DNA from: Balamuthia mandrillaris
Lineage: Eukaryota
Direction: 5' to 3'
Length of the DNA: 64,000 bases
NCBI GenBank assembly: GCA_031835245.2
Contig: JAVKOQ020000022.1
Location: forward strand, 1-64,000
This document shows, in pieces, positions 13,952-25,748 of the stretch. Positions within the stretch are counted from its first letter, which is position 1, and every line of letters begins with the position of its first letter. The notes under the pieces are model-generated. The model saw only the letters and a list, made by a program, of their open reading frames with translations. It made no database searches and was not told the origin of the DNA. The position numbers and the translations under genes were made by a program.

Positions 13952-14327
13952 TATTATGAGCGGATTGCGCTAGAGTAGAGTATTGCGGTTGGTTGGGGGT
14001 GGTTGGGGGTGGTTGGGGGGGGCGGTGGTCAGCACGACTTCTCTCTTCTCTAGCTTCTTTTTTTGGCCTTTTATCCCGATAATTGATTGGCATTATTAAT
14101 ATATTTATCAGCATTATTTTTGTTGGTTATGATTAAAGATAAAAAAAAAGTCAACCACCACCGAACCACAGCCAAACGAAGGCCTCAAGGCTGGAGGAGG
14201 AGAGGAAGGAGGTCCCACATTTGTTGTTGTTGCTTGCCTACAGGCCCTCTTTCACAGCGACGACGACCAATTGCTCTGTTTGGGTGCTTCTTCACTACTG
14301 GGAGGACTTCACCTGCTTCTTGCATCG

Positions 14328-17300
14328 ATGGCGCTGCTACTCAAAGTGGCCATTGTGGACAGAGACTTCATCAAAACGATAAAGTTTAACCTTGAGGATA
14401 GCATCGAGGAATGCCTGAAGGAAGTGCATCACGTCATCAAACAACCATACCAACCCTCCAAAGAGAAGTATGCTCTTTTCGTGAACGGAGTGCGCTGCCA
14501 AGAAGATCTCCCACTCTCCTCCTTCAAGCTCAAAAATTTGGTTAGTATACGTGCCTGCAAAATGCCAACCTGTGCAGCTACCACCTCCTCCCAAAATCCA
14601 TATTCGTTGTTAACTCCCCCTCTTGCTCTCTAGGATCGCGTCGAGTTTAGGAAACTTTCTTTGGACGCTTGCGACTCGACGGGCTTGCTCTTGTCTACGG
14701 TCCCTCCAGCCCTGCCTTCTTCCAGAGGGGAAGTAAGACGTATGGTGGCAATACCTACTCATCCCCTTCCACTTCCGCGCAGTGCTTCGTCCATGATGAT
14801 CCGTGCCCACTACGCGGCTCGGCATGGCGGGCTTGGCACTAGTTCTTTGCCACTTTCATCCTCCTCCTCTTCATGTTCTTCGTCGTCGTCTTCTTCCTCA
14901 TGTTCTTCTTCTTCTTCTTTTTCTTCATGTTCTTCTTCTTCACCCACACTTCCACTCTCTTCTAGTCCCCGGTTCGGTTCTTCCCCTTCCTTAGGAAAGG
15001 GACCAGCGGCCCTTTCGTTGGAGGACAGAAACGCATCGCTTAAACAGCATCCAACCTCCAATACATCCCCTATACTTGACGCACGAGTTACAGAGAAGAA
15101 GAAGAAGAAGAGACCAGATTTCGACCGCAAACATCGCCGATCTCTTTCTCTGGAAGACGTCAATACCTATAAAACAGCTCAGACACAACCAACCGAGACT
15201 GAAAACACTCCTGGTTCATCACCGCCTTCTTTTCTTGAAGAGGATGAACGAAAGGAATCCAAAGTGCGAGCGCTCTCCATTTCCATAAGGAAGCTGAACC
15301 TTTCAGCCGGCTCGGACTGGGTTTCCAAGAAATATCAAGACCGAAAGAAGGGAGAAAGTGCAGACACATCAACAAGCGCAGCAACAAACCACCCCGACCC
15401 TTCCGCCAATCATGTCTTTTTGGTGGTGGAATCCGTAGAACAGAAGTTGAAACGCACTCTTAAAATGGATAAGAGTGCGCGCATTGCAGATATTATTGCC
15501 AACTGGACCAAAAAGAACCCAATTGAGGATATGGAAGACTACGGGCTCGTCCAAAAGGATGATAAGCAACGGGAACGGCTAGACCCGAGTACAACAATTT
15601 CCTCTTATAACTTCGCAGCCATGGTAAGAGCTGCCTTATGTCTATTTCAAAGTAGTCATTCAATTATTGTTAACACTAGAAACTTGTTTTCCTTGCCTCA
15701 CTTTAGACAGTTTTGATGCTTACACGACTACAAATGCAAGTCACCATTGAACTTGAGTGGTCTAGCACTACGATGATTCTCACGATTGATCCTCAAATTA
15801 AGATCAAAAAGCTTGTCAAGAGAATTATGGAGATTGTGAAAAGAAGGGAAACCATTGAGAATCCAGAGGAGTACTGTCTATTCCTCCCACATAAGAAGAA
15901 TCCTTGTGAAATGGTGGCTGATGGGAGAAATTTTGCCACTACTGAACCACGGGCCAAAGCTGGCATACTAATGGATCTAAATCGAACAGTTCAATCGTAT
16001 AGACTTTGCAAGGACGACATCCTTCAATTTAGACGAGAGCTCACTGTTGGCTTAGCCTCAGGTATGCAAGCATATTGCCAAAGGATCAACAATGACTTAC
16101 TTCCTCTATTTGCAGATTCCGTATTTATAACCATTGATGCGCCTTGCCATGAACGAAAGCTGACATTTCAGTTTAAAAATGACACCTTAGTGCAAGATAT
16201 CTATACCACTTTTTTAAAAAAAGCTAAGTTACGACCAAATGACTGTGAGGGGTTTTACCTCTTTGTTAAGGTTAGACATTACTCTTGTTTTTAAAATGTC
16301 AACTCATTTGATGTCCTTAGGAAAGCAGAATTAAGTCTGTTAAGGACAAGATTGTCTCCGCCAGCAGTTTAACACCTAAGCGTCGGCAAGGAGGATCAAA
16401 TTCCGGCATGTTGGGTGTTGCCAAGAGCAATCACACATTAATGGATGCAATGCAACCACTATCTACTTATATCACTTACAATTTGGTATGTTTAAGCACA
16501 GAATTATTAATTATTTACTGGCATTTCATGTTGTGAAGGTGTATGCTAACCTTTGCTTTCAGTCCAAAATAGTATTTTTGCAAAAAATTGACCCTTCAAG
16601 AGCACCCACTATGGGACCTGAGAGTAACACAGTTTTTGGTGTAGAGCCCACCTCACTGAAGCAAACAGAAGATAATGGTTAGAATTCGTGTTTTGTTTTA
16701 AACAAAATTGTTAACTTGGTTATGGTCTAGGGTTTGTTGTTCCATTAGTACTGGCCCAACTACGACATGCACTGTATGCAAATGAAGGCATATCTGAAGA
16801 GGGCATATTCAGGCTTGCAGGTGACGAGTTGCTGATGAACAAACTTAAAAAACAGCTAAACAACGGCTCATTTATGCCAGACTTATGCACTGATGCTAAT
16901 ACAGCAGCAACTCTTATAAAAGTAAGTATTATAACTTGGAATCATGCCACTAGTACTGAGCATTGCTGTACAGCGTTGGTTTGGGGCGTTGCCAACTAGA
17001 GTGTTTGCCTCATTGCCTCAAGGAGAATTTGAACGTTGTACTAGAGATGAGACAGCATGTTTCACGTTTCCTGATTTATTAGCTGAGCCTCAACGAACCT
17101 TATTCCTTTGGCTCCAAAATATACTTATAGATGTGGCCAAGCAACAACACATCAACAAAATGACACCAGGAAACTTAGGTATGTCTTTGTCCTATGTTAT
17201 GTTTGCTTATCTGCTTAACAACTGTTACAGGTGTTGTGGTTGCCCCTGTTATGGCACCTATCTCTAAGGATAACCCAATGGCTAGTCTTTTGGTTACTAC

Positions 17301-17400
17301 TGAAGCTGTTACTATACTCCAAACTTATCACATCAATTGGAAAAAGAAATGTAACTGTGTATTAATAAATCAAGGTAACTATTACTTAATACTTGTTTGA
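14328..17400 (+). CDS. RhoGAP-domain protein with several ubiquitin-like/FERM-N-like segments (3' end approximate)
   Basis: Multi-exon. 'VFGVEP', 'VPLVLAQLRHAL...EEGIFRLAG' (arginine finger) and 'NKMTPGNLG' are RhoGAP motifs. Confidence 0.85.
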
Positions 17401-20313
17401 TCAGTCAAGGCCACAATCAAGCTTCAACAACTACAACAACGTCGTGAAGTTTCACCATTCTATTTTTTTCTTTTCCATCTGACGCTTTGCTGAACTTGCC
17501 AATTAAGCATACAGATATCTCTTTTGTTGCACAGGTCAGTTGCCTGCCACATTGCCAATGAGTTGAAGGCTCATTTCAATCACAAGTGGGCAGCAGTGAG
17601 CAGGATTTGAGACAACAAAGCAACCAGGATGTGTATGTTTCAAGCCAAAAAGCGGCTGAAAGGAGTGATATAAGGAGCCAATGAGAGTGTATTGAGACCA
17701 CAATGAATAAACAAGCAAGAAATGAGAGCATTGGAGCAGCTGCTTCCCTAGGTCACCTGGTGCTGGTCTAGGTGCCTCAGCTGTAAAAAGCAGGGCACCT
17801 ACAATTAAGTCACTTAACCAGTACTATCTTCCTTTTCCTCTTTGTTTCTTTGTCACTGCCCTCTTCCTCTTTGTCTTTTTCCTCTTCATCATCATTGTTA
17901 TTATTGTCATAATCATCAAGTGGTAGTCTGTGTTTGTCATCTTTGTTGTCCTCCTCCTGTTGTTCAATGCTTTAATGATGTCATCCTCTTTCTCTTCCTT
18001 TTTTAAGCAATAGCCAGCCATCAGATGGTGCCTGCTGAAGCTACTGAATGCCTTATTAGTGGGAGAGAGGGAGAGAGGAGTGTATTCCAGAAGATAGAAA
18101 GAAAGAGTGAGAAAGGAAATGTACCAAATAGTATGAAAAGAGAGAGAACTTGGTGATAAAAGCCTATTGCTGCTTAAATAGGCCACAGATGACAATGAGT
18201 TCTGTGAGAAGGTCAGTAGGAGAACAACCTAATGGACACTAACTTGATGAATGTAGGGAAAAGACCTTTAATAGAATGATAAGAAGAAATATAGAAGGAG
18301 AGATAGGGATAGGTATTATGGGAGAGTAGTATAACAGGTCTCATGAACAGCCCATAAGCAATATGTGTTGATAGTTTATTACAAGTTATGACACTACTGG
18401 ATTGATTCAGGTTACAAGCAGAGCATAAAATATAGTGAGAGAGAGAGAAAGGGAGAGGGAGGGAAGGAATGAGAGTGAGAGAAAGAGAAAAAGAGAGTAA
18501 GAGAAAAAGAGAATTCCAATCATAGCATGGTAAGTAAAGTAAGAGCCATCATTGCTACCTTTGCACTTATTCAACTTCTTCCAACAAAACGTGAACAAGG
18601 TGCATTGAGGAAAAGCAAGATGGCAGCCCCTCTGAACCACTTCACTCTGGTTCATTTTGCCTCACCTGTTGTGCACCAGGAGAACAAAAGGAGGGAGGAA
18701 GTAGCAGATGACCACACTTTCTTGAGCCTTTCTTTTGACTGATTGTTTAACAATATGCAAACACCTCTGCTGCCTCACAAAAAAAAAGCAAAAAAGGGGC
18801 AAGAAAAAAATTACACCTTGATGTTGGAAAACCAATGATTCATTATGACTTCCTGTTGACACTTTCCTTGGATACTCCAAGTTTTCTTGCCCCTTTTTAT
18901 TTTCCCCTTTTCCTCACCACACATTCAAAGCAGGGGGAAAAGGGAAAGGGAGAGCAAAAGAGACAATATTACAAGTTATGAGACTACTATATAGATTCAA
19001 ATTATATTAGTGACAAAGAGAAAGAAAGAAAAAAAAGTGAGAAAATTCTTACCACAGTAATGAAAGGTGGTCAATTCCTTACTACTTTTCTAACTTCTTT
19101 CAACAAAACATGAACTATACATATATATCAAAGAAAAGCAAGATGGCAGCCTCTTCGATCCACTTCTTTTGACTGAGTGTTTAGTGAACAGCAAACACAA
19201 CCTGCTGTCTCACTTTTCTCCTTTCACTGCTTACAAAGAGAATAGCAAAAAAGAAAAGAAATGATGACAACAAAAAGCCAAGGAGAAAAAAGGAAAAGGC
19301 CAAGAGGACTATGAACTATGAGTGCTGTTTATATGGACTTTTGGATAGCTACTAACACAAAGAGAGAAAAAAAGAGCAAGAAAGGGCATAAATATTATAT
19401 ATTAAGTGTTATTGTTGGTAAAAATACCTAGTAATAGTAGTAGTAATAAGAAGTTTATTTACTCTGAGAGCAACACCAATCTATACATAAAAAGTAAGCA
19501 TTGTACATACATAGTGTACTCTTACTTCTCTTACTCCCTCAACCTCAATGCCTTCCCAATTGTTATTCAAAATCACAAGTGAAAGGTGTTGAATCAGATT
19601 TTAGACTAACTTTGTCATTTAGCTATAAACACTTCCATGGTAAAAATACCTAAATTTTATGAAAAACAAGAAAATGAAGTTATCTCCTTCAGGATGAGAA
19701 AAATGTGGTTCTTTATCTTGGATTGACAGATAGACTGAGAGAAAAACTTCCAAGTGGCTTTTGCAGTCCTTGAATAGACTAGCTCCTGGCAGTCTGTTAC
19801 TGATAAAAATATAACACTATTTTCATAGCATTCTCTAAGGAACCAGCAGGCATTCAACAGGCATCCTATTGTGGCTATTGGTCACTGTGTTGATGTTGAG
19901 CTGTGTGCAGCTTTTTTTTACAATGAAAGACCATACTGAATCAAGAGAAAAGCCAACTGGAAAGAAGATTAAGAAGAAAAGAAACATTGTTCATTATAGC
20001 TACTGCTTTGGACAGTTATTTGCAAACTAGCTCAATCAAGTCTCTATTTCTGTTAAATAAACAAAATGATAGAATAGATAGTAATCATAACAAAGTAATA
20101 ACTAACAACAAGTTGTAAACCTTTTGATCAATAAATTAATCAACTACCAAATCAAAAAAAAAAACAAGAAACAACACTCTTTACATACAAACAAGTTTTT
20201 CCAAATTTCTAGGTTTATAGGTACTTTTTCATAGAATGAGAGGAAGAGAGAAGAAGCATACTTGTAGGCAACAAAAATGCGGAAAAATAGGAAAACTGCC
20301 ATGCAAGAGCACT

Positions 20314-20548
20314 TGTTGGTAAAATCACCAACACTTATCTCAAGACTCCTCATGTTGGATCCGTCCCGGACCCTCAGCTCTCCTTTCTTTTGTATCCCCC
20401 ATCCTTCCTTTCTCCCTTTTCCCCTTTCTCTTGGTGTACTTTGAAGCAACGTTGGAGATTCACTCTCGTTGTCCTTCCTCTATTCTCTTGAATACACTCC
20501 TTGTCTCGTCACTGACTCTTTCCTTCCTAAGGTTGGGTTCAACCAACA
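20314..20548 (+). mobile_element. Solo LTR (235 bp) of the adjacent chromovirus family
   Basis: TGTTGGT...ACCAACA termini; 4-bp target-site duplication (TSD) CACT at 20310-20313 and 20549-20552; similar to LTRs at 20585-20820 and 25768-26002. Confidence 0.95.
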
Positions 20549-20831
20549 CACTGAATTGATTGACAGTCAGGAGAGGGAACAGGTTGTTTGGTTGAATCCA
20601 ACCTCAAGAATAAAAGAGTCGGTGATGAGACAAGAAGTGTATTCAAGAGAATAGAGGAAGGACAACAGGAGTGAATCTCCGACATTGCTTCAAAGTACAC
20701 CGAGAGAAAAGGGAAAAGGGAGAAGGGAAGGATGGAGGATACAAAAGAAAGGAGAGCTGAGGGTCCGGGACGGATCCAACATGAGGAGTCTTGAGATAAG
20801 TGTTGGTGATTTTACCAACATACTCCCCCTC

Positions 20832-23690
20832 TTAAGAAGAAGTAGAAGGTGAAGAGGATTGTTTGAGGAGGTCCCAATAACGTTTGACGAGTTTGGGAGC
20901 ATGGACATCTTTAGCAGGGATCCATTGGTTATCAGAATGTGGGTAGCCTTTCCAGTGAACAAAGTATTCACGCTTATTGGCTGGGCCTTTGTGATCAAGG
21001 ATTTCGTCTATTTCATACTCATTGGGTGGGAGGTCATTGGTAGTAGAGTCCTCTGGGGGGGCAACGAGCTTCAGCTGGTTGGGGCTGAACTTGTCCGAGA
21101 GGGTAACGCCAGTGCTATCCTGGAGGAGGTATGCACCACCACGATTGCAGCGGATGACTGTATAAGGGCCAGAGTATTCAGGAAGAGACTTGGGAGACCT
21201 GGGAGGCTTGCGTAGCATGACTTTGGAGCCAGCGGAAAATTCGTGGAGTGGCTTAGAAGAATCATGTTGAGCCTTGATGTTAGAACTGTGCTTCCGAGTA
21301 GAAGATGCTGATGCCGGGTAGACAATATCATGCATTTGCTTGGCGTTCTCCAAGAGGAGGGTTTTGGTAGGAAGCTGGGAAGAGGAAGAAGAATAGTCTT
21401 GTGGAGTGGTAGCTGGGCGACCAAAGAACAGTTGGAAAGGGGAAGACTTGTGGTGACGAGTAACGCGTTGGTTGATTGCATATTGGGCGGCAGGAAGAAA
21501 GGTGTGCCAGTGAGACCAATCACTATTAATGAGCTTGTTAAGGGTGTTGCGGGCCAGCTTGACATGGCTTTCTGCAGCTCCGTTAGCTCGAGGATGATAG
21601 GCTGAGATGAACTGATGCTCAAAGCCAGAGAGTGTCTTGAGAGCTTTGATGACCGCGTTGACGAACTCAGTGCCGTTGTCTGACTGAAGGATCTTAGGGA
21701 GACCGAAATCAGAGACGACTTGATAGAGGGTGCAGGCCACATCTTTGGCAGTCTTGGTGTGGACTGGGCGGAGGGAAGTGAACCAGGTAGCGATGTCTGT
21801 GGTGACCAGAACGTAGTTGAAGCCTTTGGAAGAAGTGGGAAGGGGACCAAACAGATCGATGGCGACGTGATTGAAGGGGTAAGTAGCGTGGATAGTTTTG
21901 AGGGGATGAAAGCCGTGTTTGGTGACGTTGTGCTTAAGGCAGTCGTTGCACTGTAGGCAAGTGTGGGAACAGTCAGCACGAAGAGTAGGCCAATAATAGC
22001 CTTCATTCCAGATCTTGATGAACAAGGTTTCTGCTCCATGATGTCCTTCTGTGTGGAACAGCTGCAGGAGGCGTTTCCGTTCAGAGGTGGAAGGGAGTTG
22101 CTTGTTGAGTCTGCCCTTGATGTGCCTGTTAAGAGCGGATTTGGCCGTGGATGGGGAGTTGTCAACCAAAGCGAGAGCCTTGAGGTCGTGAGGTTTGCGC
22201 TGAGGCAAGCGAGGGGCGTCCAGAGGGATGGAGGGGGGTGTAAGACCACCATTGTCCCAGAAGGAGCTCGGGTACAGCTGAGAGAGGCAGTCCTCGAGAA
22301 TCATGTGAACGCCAGGGCGGTGGACGATCTCGAAGTTGTACTCTGAGATGAGGAGAGCCCAATAGTTGAGGGTGTAGTTCTTACTATTAGAAGTGAAGAG
22401 GTAGGACAAAGCCTTGTGATCAGAATAGATCGTGAACTTGTTGCTGTAGAGCCAATTGCTGAAGGAGCGGATGGCAAAGAGGATGGCAAGCATCTCACGT
22501 TTGGTGGCAGGATAGTTGCGTTGGGCAGGGTTGAGGGCCTTGCTCGCGAACGCGATGTACTGGTGCTTGTTGTTGGGTCCGATCTGGTAAAGGACGGCGC
22601 CAACACCGAATTGGGAGGCATCAGTGCCAACCAAAAGAGGTAAGGATGGGTCATAGAGAGAGAGCACAGGTGGGTTGGATAAGATGCGCTTGAGGGTGTC
22701 AAAGGCGTCCTGGCAGTCTTGGTTCCAATGGGGACGGACGTCCTTGATGTACTGGAGGGCGTCAAGGGGCTGAATGAGTTGGGCAAACATGGGGATGAAG
22801 TCGCAGAGGTAGCCTGCAAAGCCAAAGAAGGATTGCATTTGCTTGCCAGTGGATGGTACTTCTAGGAGTGCGAAAGTGGAGAGCTTGTGTTGGTCGGGAA
22901 GGATATTGCTGCAATCGATGATAAAACTGAGGATGCAGAGGTGTTTGTACCTGAACTGACACTTCTCCCAATGGATACGGAGTCCCGCAGTGGTGAGAGT
23001 GAGGATAACGTGGATAAGGTGCTTGATATGTTCTTCCACACTTTGGGAAACGACAGCTAGATCATCGATGTAATGGGAAGTGAACTCGGCAATAGCGGCA
23101 GTGACAACGTCCATGAGGCGCTGGAAGTGTTGTGCAACGATCTTGATGCCAAAAATGGCGGCGACGAACATGTAATGACGACCGTTCCATGTGAATGTAG
23201 TTTTGACGCAGTGTTCGAGAGCAATGGGGCATTGCGTGTAAGACCAGATAAGGTCAAGGGCAGAGGCGATGAAAAAGCCTTGCACTTTGGAGATAATGCT
23301 GCGGATAGTAGGGATTGGGTATGTGAGGTCCAAGAGGAGCTTGTTCAGGAGGCGCGGGTTGATGCAGACACGCCACTGGGTAACGTTGCCATCAGCGTCC
23401 TTCTTGGGTATGACGGTGAGAGGAGAGTTCCAGGGACTGTCCAGTGGGGCGAGCACGATGACGCCGGTACGCAGCCATTCCGCCACTTGCAGATCGATTA
23501 CGAGCATTAAATGGTGTGGGATGGGGTATTGGTGGTGAAAGACAGGAGGGTGGTCTCCAGTGTCCGGATGGAGAACCGCTTCGGGAAGGGTACAGGAAGG
23601 TCCTGTGGGTAGAGCCTCGTTCTCCTGGAGGTATTTCTTGATGGCTTCGAGAATATGCTTGCGGATGTGTTCCTTGACAGCTTTCACCAA
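20832..23690 (-). CDS. pol: Pol: reverse transcriptase, RNase H, integrase, chromodomain
   Basis: RT 'HYIDD'; RNase H 'TDASQFGVGAVL'; integrase HHCC plus 'DLFGP', 'SDNG', 'AES'; chromodomain 'YEIDEILDH...YFVHWKGYPHSDNQW'. Confidence 0.95.
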   Translation of the reverse strand: MVKAVKEHIRKHILEAIKKYLQENEALPTGPSCTLPEAVLHPDTGDHPPVFHHQYPIPHHLMLVIDLQVAEWLRTGVIVLAPLDSPWNSPLTVIPKKDADGNVTQWRVCINPRLLNKLLLDLTYPIPTIRSIISKVQGFFIASALDLIWSYTQCPIALEHCVKTTFTWNGRHYMFVAAIFGIKIVAQHFQRLMDVVTAAIAEFTSHYIDDLAVVSQSVEEHIKHLIHVILTLTTAGLRIHWEKCQFRYKHLCILSFIIDCSNILPDQHKLSTFALLEVPSTGKQMQSFFGFAGYLCDFIPMFAQLIQPLDALQYIKDVRPHWNQDCQDAFDTLKRILSNPPVLSLYDPSLPLLVGTDASQFGVGAVLYQIGPNNKHQYIAFASKALNPAQRNYPATKREMLAILFAIRSFSNWLYSNKFTIYSDHKALSYLFTSNSKNYTLNYWALLISEYNFEIVHRPGVHMILEDCLSQLYPSSFWDNGGLTPPSIPLDAPRLPQRKPHDLKALALVDNSPSTAKSALNRHIKGRLNKQLPSTSERKRLLQLFHTEGHHGAETLFIKIWNEGYYWPTLRADCSHTCLQCNDCLKHNVTKHGFHPLKTIHATYPFNHVAIDLFGPLPTSSKGFNYVLVTTDIATWFTSLRPVHTKTAKDVACTLYQVVSDFGLPKILQSDNGTEFVNAVIKALKTLSGFEHQFISAYHPRANGAAESHVKLARNTLNKLINSDWSHWHTFLPAAQYAINQRVTRHHKSSPFQLFFGRPATTPQDYSSSSSQLPTKTLLLENAKQMHDIVYPASASSTRKHSSNIKAQHDSSKPLHEFSAGSKVMLRKPPRSPKSLPEYSGPYTVIRCNRGGAYLLQDSTGVTLSDKFSPNQLKLVAPPEDSTTNDLPPNEYEIDEILDHKGPANKREYFVHWKGYPHSDNQWIPAKDVHAPKLVKRYWDLLKQSSSPSTSS

Positions 23691-23705
23691 ACGTTGATGT
23701 TGGCG

Positions 23706-25748
23706 TCAGGTGATGTCATGGTCCTTGGAGCGGGGTAGTGGTTCCTCAGGGTAGTCGATTGGAATGTCTGTTATGCCCATGCCGGACTTGCGCATGAAGT
23801 CGCGGCCCAGGATGATCGATTGACCATCTGGTTGAGGCAATACGGAGAACATGTGATGGAAACGGTGTTCGCTGAAGCCAATAGTGAGTGGCTCCGTTTC
23901 GGCAGCACATGTAGTGGTGGTTTCACGGTGTCCGAGTTTGACCGTGTAGTTGGCTTGCTTGGTTTTGGCACGAACTAAGTCAACAATAGAAGGGTCCATA
24001 AAGGAGTGGCTGGCGCCAGAGTCTATGACTGCAGTGACACGACGGCCGTTGATGGTCATCGGGGCACAGATGGGGTCGTTGGGTCTGGGCATATCGTCAG
24101 TGACGGTGATAGAGTTGAGAGCCCGTTGTGACTCATAGAACTCATCGTATTCCTCTTCATCACCGATAGAGTCTTGCTGCTTGGCAGTAGGAGCAGGTGT
24201 GTTGCTCTGTTGCTGCGTATGTTGGTAAAATCACCAACACTTATCTCAAGACTCCTCATGTTGGATCCGTCCCGGACCCTCAGCTCTCCTTTCTTTTGTA
24301 TCCTCCATCCTTCCCTTCTCCCTTTTCCCTTTTCTCTCGGTGTACTTTGAAGCAACGTCAGAGATTCACTCCCGTTGTCCTTCCTCTATTCTCTTGAATA
24401 CACTTCTTGTCTCGTCACCGACTCTTTTATTCTTGAGGTTGGATTCAACCAACACGTAAAAGCCATGGAGTTGAGGGAACGTGAGCTGGGAGACGACTGC
24501 CGTGCTGGTAGTTGTGCACGTGTTTGTTGCGGCAGTGTTGACGTGGGGTTGCGTGTTGCAGGAGCAGAAGATGAGGCTGGTGTAACAGATGTTGCTTGAG
24601 AAGACTGCCGTTGTAGCCTGCGGGCCTTTTTTTGGCACTGATCTTCCGTGTGGTTGCGTGTTTTGCAGTGTGCGCAAACAGCACCTATTGTGTGGGGTAA
24701 TGGTGATTGCCGTTGAGGTGATTTGCTGTGACCTTTATCTTTCGAAGAAGGTTGGGGAAACTCTGACTCAATGAGGACTGCGAGCTTGAAAGCAGCGATG
24801 ATGTCTTGTGGCTTGTTGCGAAGAGTCTGTTGCTTGTACTTCGATGTGGGGAAGAAGGGCTCGTCCAAAGAAAAAGGCTTTGAGGTAGTCGTAGAAGGTG
24901 TCAGGAAGATGATTACAGAGTACAGAGTACTGATTGATGAGCTGATGAACGCTTTCGCCAGGCTTCTGTTGAAACGACGTGACGGCCTCTATCGTTGTGG
25001 CCTCGATGTCTGGAAGGCGGTAGTGCTGATGGAAGAGGTCTCGAGCGATGTTCCATGGTTGGTCTCGTAGAGCGCTAATGGCCCAAAGACGTCCGTCTCC
25101 AACAAGGGTGGTGATGAGGGCTTGCGTCCATCTATCCTCAGGGTAGTTGTAGGCATTAAGGTGATACTCCAGTTCCATGGTGTGAAGAGCGGGGTCCTGG
25201 CGCTTGCTGATGTCAAACTTAGGTAGTCCGGGGGGAAGGCGAGGCATTTTCTTCTGAGTAGGAGGGGAAGGAGTAGTTGCGTTGCTCTGTGTTTCTGGAA
25301 CAGAGGGAACGTGTGTGCTGTTGGAAGCAGTTGTGTTGTTGACGGAAACGTCAACGGGAGAGGGTGAACTCAAACGAGGTGACTGTATGGGAGAGATCTG
25401 TGGAACGGGCGAGGGAGGAGAAACAGCAGCAGCGGTAGTGTTGCATGTGGAAGAGTTGCCTAGTGTGGCCGAGGTGGATGCAAGGAACACAACAAAGTTG
25501 TCTATACGCTGTTGTAACCGTTCCATGGCCTTTCTAGTGTGTTCTGCGGCTTCGTCTAACTTGCGCTGTTCTTCTTCTTTGGCGACGCGTTCAGTCTCAG
25601 GGCAGCTGGGGATGTTGAGCTCAAGTTGAAAGGATTGTTGGAGCATGTGAAGGTACTCCTGTTGTGCCTTGCGAAGCTGTTCACGGAGGGTGTCGAGAGC
25701 GGCTGAGGCTTCCATGATGTGCGCAGCGCAAGAGGGGATTTGAATCAC
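23706..25748 (-). pseudogene. gag: Gag-protease region, with a frameshift near 24830 and interrupted by a solo LTR
   Basis: CCHC knuckle 'CAHCKTRNHTEDQC'; aspartic protease 'AVIDSGASHSF'. Confidence 0.88.
24220..24454 (+). mobile_element. Solo LTR of the same family, nested antisense inside gag
   Basis: TG...CA ends; 4-bp TSD CGTA at 24216-24219 and 24455-24458. Confidence 0.96.

Noticed and set aside
13185..14114. Long RG/RE/SP/LS-repeat ORFs here and at 39573-39920 and 44787-45462
   Set aside because: They are translations of intronic microsatellites.
18819..18832. TGATGTTGGAAAAC, similar to the start of the family-2 LTR
   Set aside because: The similarity does not extend beyond 14 nt.
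20859..23538. Many antisense and overlapping ORFs over pol (also over AARS and FH)
   Set aside because: They are shadow ORFs of real coding sequence with no independent motifs.
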